A stretch of 64,000 nucleotides of DNA from Candidatus Heimdallarchaeum aukensis. GTDB taxonomy: Archaea; Asgardarchaeota; Heimdallarchaeia; Heimdallarchaeales; Heimdallarchaeaceae. A program made the position numbers and the translations under genes. Below, one piece after another: positions 17,830-27,074 of this stretch; the first letter of the stretch is position 1, and each line of letters starts with the position of its first letter. The stretch lies in the NCBI GenBank assembly GCA_021513695.1, contig CP084166.1, forward strand, positions 768,001-832,000. The letters run 5' to 3'. The notes under the pieces are model-generated. The model was not told the origin of the DNA and ran no database searches. It saw only the letters and a program-made list of their open reading frames with translations.

Positions 17830-19140
17830 TTAATGGTTACTTGAAATTTTGTCTTCTTTTTTTACACTTTCACCTTTTGTTTCTTCACTACTTTGTTCTT
17901 CTTCCTTTTCTTCCTTATCTCCCTTTTCTTTAAATACTAGCTGTAACATCAGTGGCGTTAGGAGAACTGTTACAAATACAAGTAGAATAACTACTGTAAA
18001 TATATTTTCATCAAATATCCCATTTTCTAGGCCTATACCAGCAATAACTAGTAAAATTTCAGCTCTAGGAGTTATTCCAGTTGCTATACGTAGTGCTGAT
18101 TTTGAGGAAAAACCTGTCATTTTTGAACCTACAAAAGCTCCTATTCCTTTTGATAGAATAGCAAAGGGTATCACTAACCATATCCCCCATGGAAAAACGT
18201 AATTAGCGCTTCCTAGTTGAGTAAGATCAATCTGGAAATTAGACCCGACAGAGAAGAAGAATAATGGGATAAACACTCCTTCACCAAATTTTGTGATTGT
18301 TCCTTTTATTTCACCTACTATTATTCTATCTTGCTGAATTGATATTCCGAGTAGAAAAGCCATAACAGCACCAGAAAAATGTAGTTCTTCCGCAAAATAA
18401 GCTAACAAAGATATTAAACCAAAAACTATACCTAGCGTGAAGTTATTAGTGCGAGAACGAGTGAAAACATTAAAACGGTATTCTATCCAATTCAAGAATT
18501 TAGGTAAAAGAACAACTACTATCAGAATGAAAGCTGCTAAAAGACCTAAATCTTTCAGAATTATTGTAGCGATATTTCCTTCTTCAGTATTGAATAAAGC
18601 ACTAGCAAGTATTAAAACAAGAATTAGTGCGATAAAATCGTCCAAAACGGCTATAGAAAGTAAAGTTTGTCCTTCTTCAGAACCAAGTTTCTTTAAGTCA
18701 GAAAGAGATCTTACGGTAACACCTATAGAAGTAGCTGTAAACAAAGTTCCAAAAAAGATTGCAAATCTTACATCTCGTTCAAGAAAAATAAAGGCTGTTA
18801 GAAATCCTCCTAATAAAGCCAAGCTAACCTCAGTAATCGATATAGTCATACTTCTTTTTCCAGTTTTTAACAATGAGTTTACGTTTATCTCCATTCCAAC
18901 AATGAATAATAGCAAAATTATACCAATTTGACTAAAGGAACGCAATGAGTTTTTATCCATAAATAAATCATTAATTTCTGATAAACCTAAAATAGAAAAT
19001 AAAGGCCCACCTAACAGAATACCTGCGAATAATTCTCCTAATATAGCAGAAAGTTTCAATCGTTCAAATATTTCTCCGAAAATCCTCGCAGCAAGAATTG
19101 CTACACCAATATATAGAAGCAAGGAAGTGGCTTCGTTCAT
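17830..19140 (-). CDS. monovalent cation:proton antiporter (CPA2, Kef/NapA type)
   Basis: Polytopic protein with FGEIFERLKLSAILGELFAGILLGGP at the N-terminus and an acidic/Lys-rich C-tail. Confidence 0.8.
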   Translation of the reverse strand: MNEATSLLLYIGVAILAARIFGEIFERLKLSAILGELFAGILLGGPLFSILGLSEINDLFMDKNSLRSFSQIGIILLLFIVGMEINVNSLLKTGKRSMTISITEVSLALLGGFLTAFIFLERDVRFAIFFGTLFTATSIGVTVRSLSDLKKLGSEEGQTLLSIAVLDDFIALILVLILASALFNTEEGNIATIILKDLGLLAAFILIVVVLLPKFLNWIEYRFNVFTRSRTNNFTLGIVFGLISLLAYFAEELHFSGAVMAFLLGISIQQDRIIVGEIKGTITKFGEGVFIPLFFFSVGSNFQIDLTQLGSANYVFPWGIWLVIPFAILSKGIGAFVGSKMTGFSSKSALRIATGITPRAEILLVIAGIGLENGIFDENIFTVVILLVFVTVLLTPLMLQLVFKEKGDKEEKEEEQSSEETKGESVKKEDKISSNH

Positions 19141-19668
19141 TTAAATATCACCTTTACAAGAGAGATCGTTGTTAGATTTTTCTTTGTATTCTAACCATTT
19201 GTCTTTGACAAAATTTAGTATATCAATAAAGAGAATTACTCCTTTTACTTCGCTTTTTCTATCCTTAGCTCTTGGAAGGACATTCGTAGAGTATTTTAAC
19301 ATTAATTCTGCCACATCCTCTAGCTTTAGATCATCATAAACAACGGGTAACTTTTTGTCTACTATTTCATCAGCAGTAGCCTTCTCGAGATAAATCTTCT
19401 GAAGGAAAGGATCACGTAAGTCTGAATGAACAGGATTGAATAGTTTGAGAAAATTTTTTGGTGTTAATAGTCCAAGAAAGTTTTCTTTTTCGTCATTAAT
19501 AATCATAACAGGACTATCATAATCAAAGAAGCAACTAAATAGCTTGTCACAGGAAATAGTTGAGGGTAACTCAGGTACCTTTTTCATAGGTATCTCTAAA
19601 ACACTTACATTTCTCATATTTGTTAAAAAATCTTCTAATGAACCAGTCATGCAGTTTTGTGTTAACAA
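19141..19668 (-). CDS. CBS-pair domain protein, translationally abutted to the antiporter
   Basis: Two CBS-like repeats (VMIINDEKENFLGLLTPKNF, VLPRAKDRKSEVKGVILFIDIL). Its stop abuts the antiporter start at 19140. Confidence 0.6.
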   Translation of the reverse strand: MLTQNCMTGSLEDFLTNMRNVSVLEIPMKKVPELPSTISCDKLFSCFFDYDSPVMIINDEKENFLGLLTPKNFLKLFNPVHSDLRDPFLQKIYLEKATADEIVDKKLPVVYDDLKLEDVAELMLKYSTNVLPRAKDRKSEVKGVILFIDILNFVKDKWLEYKEKSNNDLSCKGDI

Positions 19669-19715
19669 ACTACTAATTAAACTTTATTCTTTGTAAAAAA
19701 AAAGAAAGAAGGCTA

Positions 19716-20537
19716 TTAAAATAGAAAAGGTATTAGTGCTTTCCTATTATTTGGGTAATCAGTGAATTTTTCTTGATACCAATTGTGATGAGCTCGGGCT
19801 CTGGGTGCTAAGTTGAAAAATGTCCATAAAGCAAAAACCAATCCAGGAACTGACCAAGTTAATATTGCCCAACCTATCCATTCCATTATCTCTCCAAGAT
19901 AATTAGGAGATGAGACAAACTTGAACATTCCACCATAAGGAATCTTATACCCATCTTTTGCTCCTTTTTCTCTGAGATTGCGGAGAATATGATCTGATTG
20001 CTTGTTAATAAAAAATCCAGTAATAAACATAATAATGCCAATGATAAATTGTGGAGAATAAAACCATGTATTGGTGTACATATTTTCTGGAACAAGGTAA
20101 AAAAGCCATATTCCCTGAATATAAGTATTGAAGAGATTAAAAGTTACTCCAAAGAGCATTATCAATATAGGCATTTTTTTCCTTCCTCTTAACATCCAAG
20201 GATAAATTAGGGCCCGATGAATATAGTGAATTTCAAATATTGCAATAAAGACAATGAAAACTGGATCCTTTATTCTTTCACTTCCAAAAAAGTAAATTGC
20301 CATTAACAATGCGGACGGAAATTCCATTATAAACCAAGCTACTCTATCATCTAAAGTTGGCCCCCATCCTTTTCTTCTATGACGTCCATAGGGTGCTGTT
20401 ATGAAAAACAGTAAGATGAATATTGAAACTCCTAACCCTAAAAAAACGTACATTACAGCTTTAAAATATAAAGGGTTACCAAATACAGAAAGAATAGATT
20501 CCATAAGTGAAGATAGTAAAGACATTATTCTTTTCAA
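19716..20537 (-). CDS. 3-oxo-5-alpha-steroid 4-dehydrogenase / polyprenol reductase family membrane protein (SRD5A-like), paralog 1
   Basis: APYGRH, HYIHRALIYPW, YKIPYGGMFKFVSSPNYLGEIMEWIGWAILTWSVPGLVF, HHNWYQEKFTDYPNNRKALIPFLF. The C-terminal signature resembles SRD5A1/2. Confidence 0.85.
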   Translation of the reverse strand: MKRIMSLLSSLMESILSVFGNPLYFKAVMYVFLGLGVSIFILLFFITAPYGRHRRKGWGPTLDDRVAWFIMEFPSALLMAIYFFGSERIKDPVFIVFIAIFEIHYIHRALIYPWMLRGRKKMPILIMLFGVTFNLFNTYIQGIWLFYLVPENMYTNTWFYSPQFIIGIIMFITGFFINKQSDHILRNLREKGAKDGYKIPYGGMFKFVSSPNYLGEIMEWIGWAILTWSVPGLVFALWTFFNLAPRARAHHNWYQEKFTDYPNNRKALIPFLF

Positions 20538-20586
20538 AAAGCAGCTTTTATTTAAATTTTATTTAAAACCTAAAAAAAAGAAGAAA

Positions 20587-22074
20587 TTAGGGGAGTTTAT
20601 TCATATTTTCAGCTATACTCCGTATAACCTCCCATATTACACCTACACTTTCTATCTCCACTTTTTCATCGGGAGAGTGGGGAGAGAGAATTGTTGGTCC
20701 AATCGAAGTCACTTGTAAATTAGGATCTAAAGCTAAAAACAGACTGCATTCCAATCCTGCATGAATGGCTTCTAGCTTTACTTCTTTTTTATACACTTGT
20801 TCATACTGTTCTTTAACAAGTTTCAAGAATGGTGAATTAAGATTTGGCTCCCAACCAGGATAAGCTTTTCCTTGAGAGACATTGGCACTCACTTTTTCTC
20901 CGATTTTCTTCAGTTTTAGTCTTACTTCTTCAAGCTCATTCATTACTGAACTTCTGGTTGAAACATGAATTTCAACTTGCTTCTCACTAGTTTTTACAAC
21001 TGCAAGGTTGTTAGAAGTTTGAACTAAATCACTTATTTCTTTGCTATATGAAATAACTCCATGTTGAATCTCATCTAAAACATAGATTACATTCTTTGTT
21101 GTTTCTTCAGTAAATATTTTTTCTACATTGTCCTTTTCAAACATTTCAAACTTGAAGTTAGGTTCATATTCTTTAATTTCATGTGAATTCTTTCTAAACC
21201 ACTCTTTCAAAGCTTTCTTTGCTTCTTTCTCATTTTCCTTAGGTAATGCTATTCGAACTGAACAATCTCGGGGTATTGCATTATGTGCCGTTCCTCCTTC
21301 GATACTTACAAGATGAAAAGGCTTTACTTCGAGTTCAGTCAATTTATCTCTTAAGAAGTTTAAGGCTGAAATAGCAACTTTTATTGCATTAGCTCTTGGT
21401 AAATTAATGTCTACTCCTGAATGTCCCCCTTGAAGTCCTGATAGAACAAAACGAATCTCTACCCAATTCTCAGGGTTATCTATGCTCTCAAACTCTATTG
21501 GAATATCTATCTGTGTTCCTCCTCCCCCTGCGCTACTTATTGTTATTTTACCTAAATCCTCAGAATCAACATTCAGCAAATATTTTCCTGTGAAAAAACC
21601 TTTCTTTACATTAAAAGCTCCAGTCAATCCCGTTTCCTCGTCAACAGTAATAAGCAACTCCAGTTTTCCATGCTTTACCTCATCATCTAGAAAAAGAGCT
21701 AAACCCATAGCCAATCCTAAACCATTGTCAGCTCCTAAAGAGGTTCCTTGTGAAAAAACATACTTATCGTTAAAAGTTACAGGAATAGGGTCTTCTTCAC
21801 AATTAAAATTTGGATCATCTGCTTGACAAACCATGTCCATATGAGCCTGAATTATAAGAGTTGGGTATTTTTCACATCCTTTACTTGCTTCTTTCGTTAA
21901 AAGAAGATTTCCTGTCTCATCCTCCTTAAACTTAATATTATTCTCTTTCGCCCAACTTTTTATCCATTCTCTAATTTTTTCTTCTTTTTTTGAAGGACGG
22001 GGGACTTGTGTTATTTCATAAAAAATTCTCCACACTTGTTCAGGTTGTAATTCAGATAATTTATTTGAAGTCAT
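20587..22074 (-). CDS. pepD: aminoacyl-histidine (Xaa-His) dipeptidase, M20 family
   Basis: VWRIFYEITQVPRPSKKE, IIQAHMDMV, GADNGLGLA, ITVDEETGLTGA. Confidence 0.9.
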   Translation of the reverse strand: MTSNKLSELQPEQVWRIFYEITQVPRPSKKEEKIREWIKSWAKENNIKFKEDETGNLLLTKEASKGCEKYPTLIIQAHMDMVCQADDPNFNCEEDPIPVTFNDKYVFSQGTSLGADNGLGLAMGLALFLDDEVKHGKLELLITVDEETGLTGAFNVKKGFFTGKYLLNVDSEDLGKITISSAGGGGTQIDIPIEFESIDNPENWVEIRFVLSGLQGGHSGVDINLPRANAIKVAISALNFLRDKLTELEVKPFHLVSIEGGTAHNAIPRDCSVRIALPKENEKEAKKALKEWFRKNSHEIKEYEPNFKFEMFEKDNVEKIFTEETTKNVIYVLDEIQHGVISYSKEISDLVQTSNNLAVVKTSEKQVEIHVSTRSSVMNELEEVRLKLKKIGEKVSANVSQGKAYPGWEPNLNSPFLKLVKEQYEQVYKKEVKLEAIHAGLECSLFLALDPNLQVTSIGPTILSPHSPDEKVEIESVGVIWEVIRSIAENMNKLP

Positions 22075-22166
22075 TTATGGTCTTTTAAACATTCTTTAGA
22101 TGATGATAAAAATGTTTTTGAAAAACGATATTTGTTTTTTTCAATTCTAAATAAACTAATGAATAG

Positions 22167-22841
22167 TCACTCATAGTTTTTTAGAAATTTATCAAGTACC
22201 AGCTTACTTACTATTCGATAAGAAGGATTATAGTTCGTTCTAAATATAGCTGAATGAGAAATAAGAGGAAGATCCAAACACGACTTATATCCTTTAAGCT
22301 GAATAGAAATGTCTGATAAAGTATTTTTCAGCAATCTTATTTGATTGTCTTCTGTTGTTAATATTCCCTCCTTAAAAAAGTAACAAATTTGATTCCAACT
22401 ATCAATAAATATCAATAATGTTTGAGGGGTAGCTCTTAAACTTTCTTCCATTAATTTCCATATATAAGAAGAGGATAAACCAAGTTCTTCTTTCCAAACC
22501 CTCAAATTCAGTCTTCCAAACATGGTTTTTTCATTTAATAACTCAAACAGTACTTCATCTTCTCTTTTCTTATTACAAGCATCCAGTTCTCGTTCTAAAT
22601 AGACTTTTACTCGTTCTAAATTTGAGATCTTCTTTAAGTGAATCCACCCACAACTTCCTTGGTAAATAAATTTATACAAATCTCCCCACGTTTGTTTTGG
22701 ATACTTCTTCAGATAAAATAAAAGGGAAGAAGGAATTTTTTCTTCTATTATCTCATTAAACTTAGTAATAAGATTAAACTCGTGTAATAGTTGAATATTG
22801 TTCTGTTCGTTCATTTTCCTTAGAAAGTTAATTGATGCCAA
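22167..22841 (-). CDS. hypothetical protein
   Basis: 224 aa in a non-repetitive ORF that overlaps the upstream gene by 22 nt (operon-like). I recognise no family. Confidence 0.5.
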   Translation of the reverse strand: MASINFLRKMNEQNNIQLLHEFNLITKFNEIIEEKIPSSLLFYLKKYPKQTWGDLYKFIYQGSCGWIHLKKISNLERVKVYLERELDACNKKREDEVLFELLNEKTMFGRLNLRVWKEELGLSSSYIWKLMEESLRATPQTLLIFIDSWNQICYFFKEGILTTEDNQIRLLKNTLSDISIQLKGYKSCLDLPLISHSAIFRTNYNPSYRIVSKLVLDKFLKNYE

Positions 22842-23155
22842 CCTTCTTTAAGCATTTCAGTGACTAATGTGCCCACGTACTTTACATCAATTCCTAATTC
22901 TTCTAGCTTATCGCTAACACCGAAGTTGTCACTACATGCTTTGCAAGCGATTACTTCTACTCCTGCATTAAGTAAGGCTAAAACATATTCTTGAAAATTT
23001 TTATCTTCTGCAGCTATTTTTTCTGTTGGCCCCCAGAGAATTACACGAACTTCATCCATCCATTTAAGCTTTTTTGCATTAATTGCATAAGGAAAACTAG
23101 CTTCTTGATGCACTACTACATCTCCACTTGTTAGAATCAAAAATACTTTGTTCAT
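22820..23155 (-). CDS. DsrE/DsrF-like family protein
   Basis: 111 aa. KVFLILTSGD and VIACKACSDNFGV fit the small DsrE-like fold pattern. Confidence 0.55.
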   Translation of the reverse strand: MNKVFLILTSGDVVVHQEASFPYAINAKKLKWMDEVRVILWGPTEKIAAEDKNFQEYVLALLNAGVEVIACKACSDNFGVSDKLEELGIDVKYVGTLVTEMLKEGWHQLTF

Positions 23156-23231
23156 ACAATTTTTTTTGAACCCAGTTTTTATGTTTTTTTAAAAGTAAAA
23201 AAGTAGTTAAAGCTTCTATTTTCATCTTCTC

Positions 23232-24314
23232 TTATTTATTAACAGTTTTTATTATAATCTCTGCTAGTTCTTCAGATTCTAGACCTTCAATTTTATTTTC
23301 GCTAAATTGGTAAAAACTATCTATTTTTTGTTTTAGTAATTCTTGAGAAAGTTCTGTTCCCATAAGGTTTTCTTCTAATTTCGAGAGATTAAAGGGGTTC
23401 TTGATGAAGAAATCTCCTGTTATTGCTATGTCTGCTATCGTATTTTCTTCTACTTGAATATAGAGTGATATAAGTCCTCCTTTAGTTTTTACTTCGTTAA
23501 AGAAGCATCTTACTCCAGATTTAATTTTTAGTGAGATTAAATCTTTGTGTCTTCTTTCAACATAATTTATCCATTCTTCTGTCTGGTAATATTGATTTAA
23601 CCTTTGAATCTCGTTTTTCTCTAGCTCTGTTAACGAACCAACTTCAAGAGATATTCCTAAAATGTCCTCGAATTCTTTCTTAAAATTGTAAATTAAATCT
23701 AGTTTATCTGGAGAATAACCCAAAAAGTACTTTATACTACCTATTCTTTCCTCAAGTGTTTTTGCTATCTTGTCTCTAAATTTCTCGTCTGGCACTTTAA
23801 GAATTCTAGACATCTCTTTGACAGGAAAATCTAGAATAAAGTTCCCCACTAAGATTGTTGATCTATCTATCGCACTTGCTCCATTCCCACTGATTTTTTT
23901 ATCTAAAGCTACTATATCATTTAACGGTTGGTATTTTGCGGGTATACCTAAATATCTATAAGTAGAAACAACTGGCTGCAAAAAATGTTCAAACAACTCT
24001 TTTACAGAGAAAGGGTAATCATTTTTGTTAAAAATCAATTGATAAAACAACTGGTTTTGATCTAAATAAACTGCCCCTCCTCCAGTTATTCTTCTTATCA
24101 AAGGAATATCCATTTCTGATATTGCGTTGGTATCTACAACTAAATCTATAACCTGATGTATTCCAATAGAAACATAAGGGGTATTTGGCCAAGTAAGAAT
24201 AAGAGTATTAGGAGAGTTATGTTTAGACTGGATATTAGCTAATGCGTGGTAAACTGTTTGTGTTTCAAGAGGGGGGAGATCAGGTAAAACAATTAATCTC
24301 CAATTATTTTTCAT
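23232..24314 (-). CDS. lplA: lipoate-protein ligase A family protein
   Basis: IRRITGGGAVYLDQNQ (RRxxGGGAV.D) and KKISGNGASAI (lysine motif). At 360 aa it has both catalytic and accessory domains. Confidence 0.75.
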   Translation of the reverse strand: MKNNWRLIVLPDLPPLETQTVYHALANIQSKHNSPNTLILTWPNTPYVSIGIHQVIDLVVDTNAISEMDIPLIRRITGGGAVYLDQNQLFYQLIFNKNDYPFSVKELFEHFLQPVVSTYRYLGIPAKYQPLNDIVALDKKISGNGASAIDRSTILVGNFILDFPVKEMSRILKVPDEKFRDKIAKTLEERIGSIKYFLGYSPDKLDLIYNFKKEFEDILGISLEVGSLTELEKNEIQRLNQYYQTEEWINYVERRHKDLISLKIKSGVRCFFNEVKTKGGLISLYIQVEENTIADIAITGDFFIKNPFNLSKLEENLMGTELSQELLKQKIDSFYQFSENKIEGLESEELAEIIIKTVNK

Positions 24315-24326
24315 TTTAATCAGCGT

Positions 24327-25022
24327 TTAGCTTCCCTTTACAGGAGACCATGCGTCTTCGTTGGATAAGAATAAGATAGGATACTCATTGTTATCAATTA
24401 AAATTACTCTTCCAAAACTGATTTTGTAATTTCCATCTTCTCTTTCTAGATTTGCATTAAAGGTCACTGTTATTATGTACTTTAGTTGTATTCCCCTACT
24501 ATCAATTTCATCAATAATATTTCCAATAGAAGGATATTGTCCAGTAGCAAATGTTGAATAGGCGTCTGTTTCTATATCCAATTTTACAAACATGAAGGTA
24601 CTTGAACCATTTAATGTTTCATTATATTCTGTGTAAAATGTATCAGTATTATTATCCCACAAACTTATTCTCATTGTTAAGTTGAAGATGTGGACATTAT
24701 CTTTAAAACCACCATAGTTTTGAGTATTTACAGTTGCGAGGAAGTCTTCTTCTCCTATAATAAGTTCTGTAATGTTATTAATATAGCTTAATTCAGGAAG
24801 AGCACCTAATGAATCCCAATAACTCGAACTTCCATTTATTTTTGCTGTTTCGTTTAATATCATTGCACTTCTTCCATCTTGCACAGTGTCTATAATGTTT
24901 ATTTCAGAATAGAATTGCTCGGGGGTTGGAGGAACAGTACTGTAATGTATAAGTATTATCGGTAAACCTAGTAAGAGAAATCCCAAAATAATTACAAAAA
25001 AGTTGAAACTTGAGTTACTCAT
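24327..25022 (-). CDS. secreted/anchored protein with many N-glycosylation sequons
   Basis: N-terminal hydrophobic segment FNFFVIILGFLLLGLPIILI. Multiple NxS/T sites (NGS, NIT, NLT, NNT, NET, NGS). Confidence 0.6.
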   Translation of the reverse strand: MSNSSFNFFVIILGFLLLGLPIILIHYSTVPPTPEQFYSEINIIDTVQDGRSAMILNETAKINGSSSYWDSLGALPELSYINNITELIIGEEDFLATVNTQNYGGFKDNVHIFNLTMRISLWDNNTDTFYTEYNETLNGSSTFMFVKLDIETDAYSTFATGQYPSIGNIIDEIDSRGIQLKYIITVTFNANLEREDGNYKISFGRVILIDNNEYPILFLSNEDAWSPVKGS

Positions 25023-25103
25023 AGATAGTATTAGAATCTTATAGTTAAAAAATCTTATCTTTTTAAAAAGTAATAAAAAATTAAGAAGAGATTTATACCT
25101 TCT

Positions 25104-26375
25104 CTATTTAGTGTTCTTCTTTACCTTTGAAAAAATAAAATTAACAGTAAAAACGACCACAAATAAAGCAAGCGTACCTATAAAGTAATAGATTGCGGGA
25201 TTGTTTAAGAATGTGTAAACACCAAAATAGGAAGTTGTCCATCTATATCCATCTTTAGAGAAGAAGAAAGCTATTTCAGGTGTTTGAAGACTTGATTTTA
25301 CACTTGGCCCTTGTTCTGTTGCTACAACGACATTGTCCTTAAATGTTGTTACTTCAGGAACACGTTCATAATAATCATCATGAAGTGGAGAAGAAATGTT
25401 ATGGAATTCTAGCGTTTCTTCTTTTGTAATGTCTTCTACCCAGAAGCCCCAGAGAAACATTTCATAACGATTGACTTTATGGATAGTTGTATTGCTGATA
25501 TCCTGGGCAACAACGTAAAATCCATCATTCCATCTTGTTAATGATGGATACAACAAACCTACATCTTGAGCAACAACTTCAGTTAAGTTTGCATCTGCTA
25601 AATCTAATTGGAAAGGTGCTCCTACAGATATTCCAGAACTAAATGAACTACCATCTACGGTGGATGTAAGTTTAACTAGATTGTCTTCTGTATAAGTAAT
25701 ATACAATAAATTATTATATGAATATAAGTTAAAATCTCTTCCCAAACTTATTGAAGCAGAAGTTACTTCTGTACTATTTTTAAATGTCTGTAAATCAAAA
25801 TGAACAATGCTTGTTAATACTCGTGTATGTACGATAACTTTGACTTCATAGCTGAAAAATATAACTAATTCATTATTGAGAATAGCAGAGTCAAACCACA
25901 CAAAATCCTTATTGAAGACAGTAGAATTACCCAGTTCTACATAGTCGCTCCATGTTTTTCCATCATCATCTGAATATTTCATAAAGAAATATGTGAAATC
26001 AGTGTCATTTCTTTGTATTGCAAAAAGTACCATAGTTCGTCCATTATAATATATAGCATCACTCTTCTGAACTTTAAAGGAAGTTTTATTGATCACAAAA
26101 GTTGTCGGAGTTATCTCTATTTCTTCAGTATCATGCGTTTTAAACTCTGTAACAGTTTCATAACATGGTCTAGCATAGATTTCCGAACTAACTACTCTAT
26201 CAGCGTCATAACCAATTTTAGTATAAATTAGCAAATACTGTTCAGGAGAAGTTTCTATGAAATATGGACTCTTTTCGTGATAAAGTATTTTTGCCTTTGC
26301 TACATAAGGATTAAATGCATTAAGAAGCAAAATGAATATTGATAACAAAACGATTTTTTTCACTGCTCTTCTCAT
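25104..26375 (-). CDS. BNR/Asp-box (sialidase-like beta-propeller) surface protein with C-terminal TM anchor
   Basis: Signal-like N-terminus, a perfect Asp-box SDDDGKTW plus a weaker SKDGYRW, and the C-terminal helix IYYFIGTLALFVVVFTVNFIF followed by a basic tail. Confidence 0.6.
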   Translation of the reverse strand: MRRAVKKIVLLSIFILLLNAFNPYVAKAKILYHEKSPYFIETSPEQYLLIYTKIGYDADRVVSSEIYARPCYETVTEFKTHDTEEIEITPTTFVINKTSFKVQKSDAIYYNGRTMVLFAIQRNDTDFTYFFMKYSDDDGKTWSDYVELGNSTVFNKDFVWFDSAILNNELVIFFSYEVKVIVHTRVLTSIVHFDLQTFKNSTEVTSASISLGRDFNLYSYNNLLYITYTEDNLVKLTSTVDGSSFSSGISVGAPFQLDLADANLTEVVAQDVGLLYPSLTRWNDGFYVVAQDISNTTIHKVNRYEMFLWGFWVEDITKEETLEFHNISSPLHDDYYERVPEVTTFKDNVVVATEQGPSVKSSLQTPEIAFFFSKDGYRWTTSYFGVYTFLNNPAIYYFIGTLALFVVVFTVNFIFSKVKKNTK

Positions 26376-26645
26376 TTACTAAACACCATTAAACTTACAA
26401 CCTAATTCAAATTGAAATATATATAAGTTTTGTCAAAGAATTTCATATGGTTTTATTCAAGATATAGTGTCGAGAAAGAAAAAATTCTCCATTTTTCTCA
26501 ATTATGCATTTCTTAGCTATTTTTTGTCCTTAGAATTCACTAATAGATAAACAAAATTCTTGTTTCTTCATCGAGAAAATTTAAAACGAAAATTGGGCTG
26601 ATGTGATAAGGTAAAAATTTACTCTTAACTACTATACTGAGAACT

Positions 26646-26879
26646 CTAGGATATTATGCTTATGTAAGCTTTAAACCCTAGATAGTTCAAAGAACGAACT
26701 ACTTTTTTTCTGTTAATTATTGAGGGGTTTAGTCTAACTTTCACATTTTTTGCCTGAAAATCTACGTTACTGTCCATGATTCCTTCTAAATACTTTAAAG
26801 TTATAGCAATTGTCTTCGCACAATTCTTACAGTGAATATCTGGAATGGCAATTGTCAATTCTTCTTCAAATTCTTTCAT
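26646..26879 (-). CDS. heavy-metal-associated (HMA)-like small protein
   Basis: 77 aa. IAIPDIHCKNCAKTI carries the CxxC in the position of the HMA metal loop, and the length suits a beta-alpha-beta-beta-alpha-beta fold. Confidence 0.5.
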   Translation of the reverse strand: MKEFEEELTIAIPDIHCKNCAKTIAITLKYLEGIMDSNVDFQAKNVKVRLNPSIINRKKVVRSLNYLGFKAYISIIS

Positions 26880-27074
26880 TTAATCATCTCAAGATAACGT
26901 ATTTTTAAACCCTTTTTAAAGTTGGGATAATACTAGATGTTGAATCAAGAATATGTAGAAAAAACTTATTTTTTGAAATATTAATAAGTTATTTGACTTA
27001 ACTCGAAAATGAAATGGACTAAATATTTAACAATTAAGAGTTATTTTTTATTTAGATAGTGGAGAGCTGTAAAA

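Noticed and set aside
17685-18931. Plus-strand ORFs 17685..17933, 17849..18202 and 18437..18931
   Set aside because: They are antisense to, or in the tail of, the CPA2 antiporter gene. The products are low-complexity (LLFLHF repeats, Ser-rich).
26598-26640. C/D-box sRNA-like string (GCTGATGTGATAAGG ... ACTGAGAAC)
   Set aside because: The C-box is imperfect and there are no C' and D' boxes. The spacing is too short, and part of it overlaps the 3' end of gene 26646..26879.
26963-26990. 8-bp inverted repeat AACTTATT/AATAAGTT in the spacer upstream of the TGT-like gene
   Set aside because: It is almost entirely A/T and short, so it is expected by chance in this base composition.
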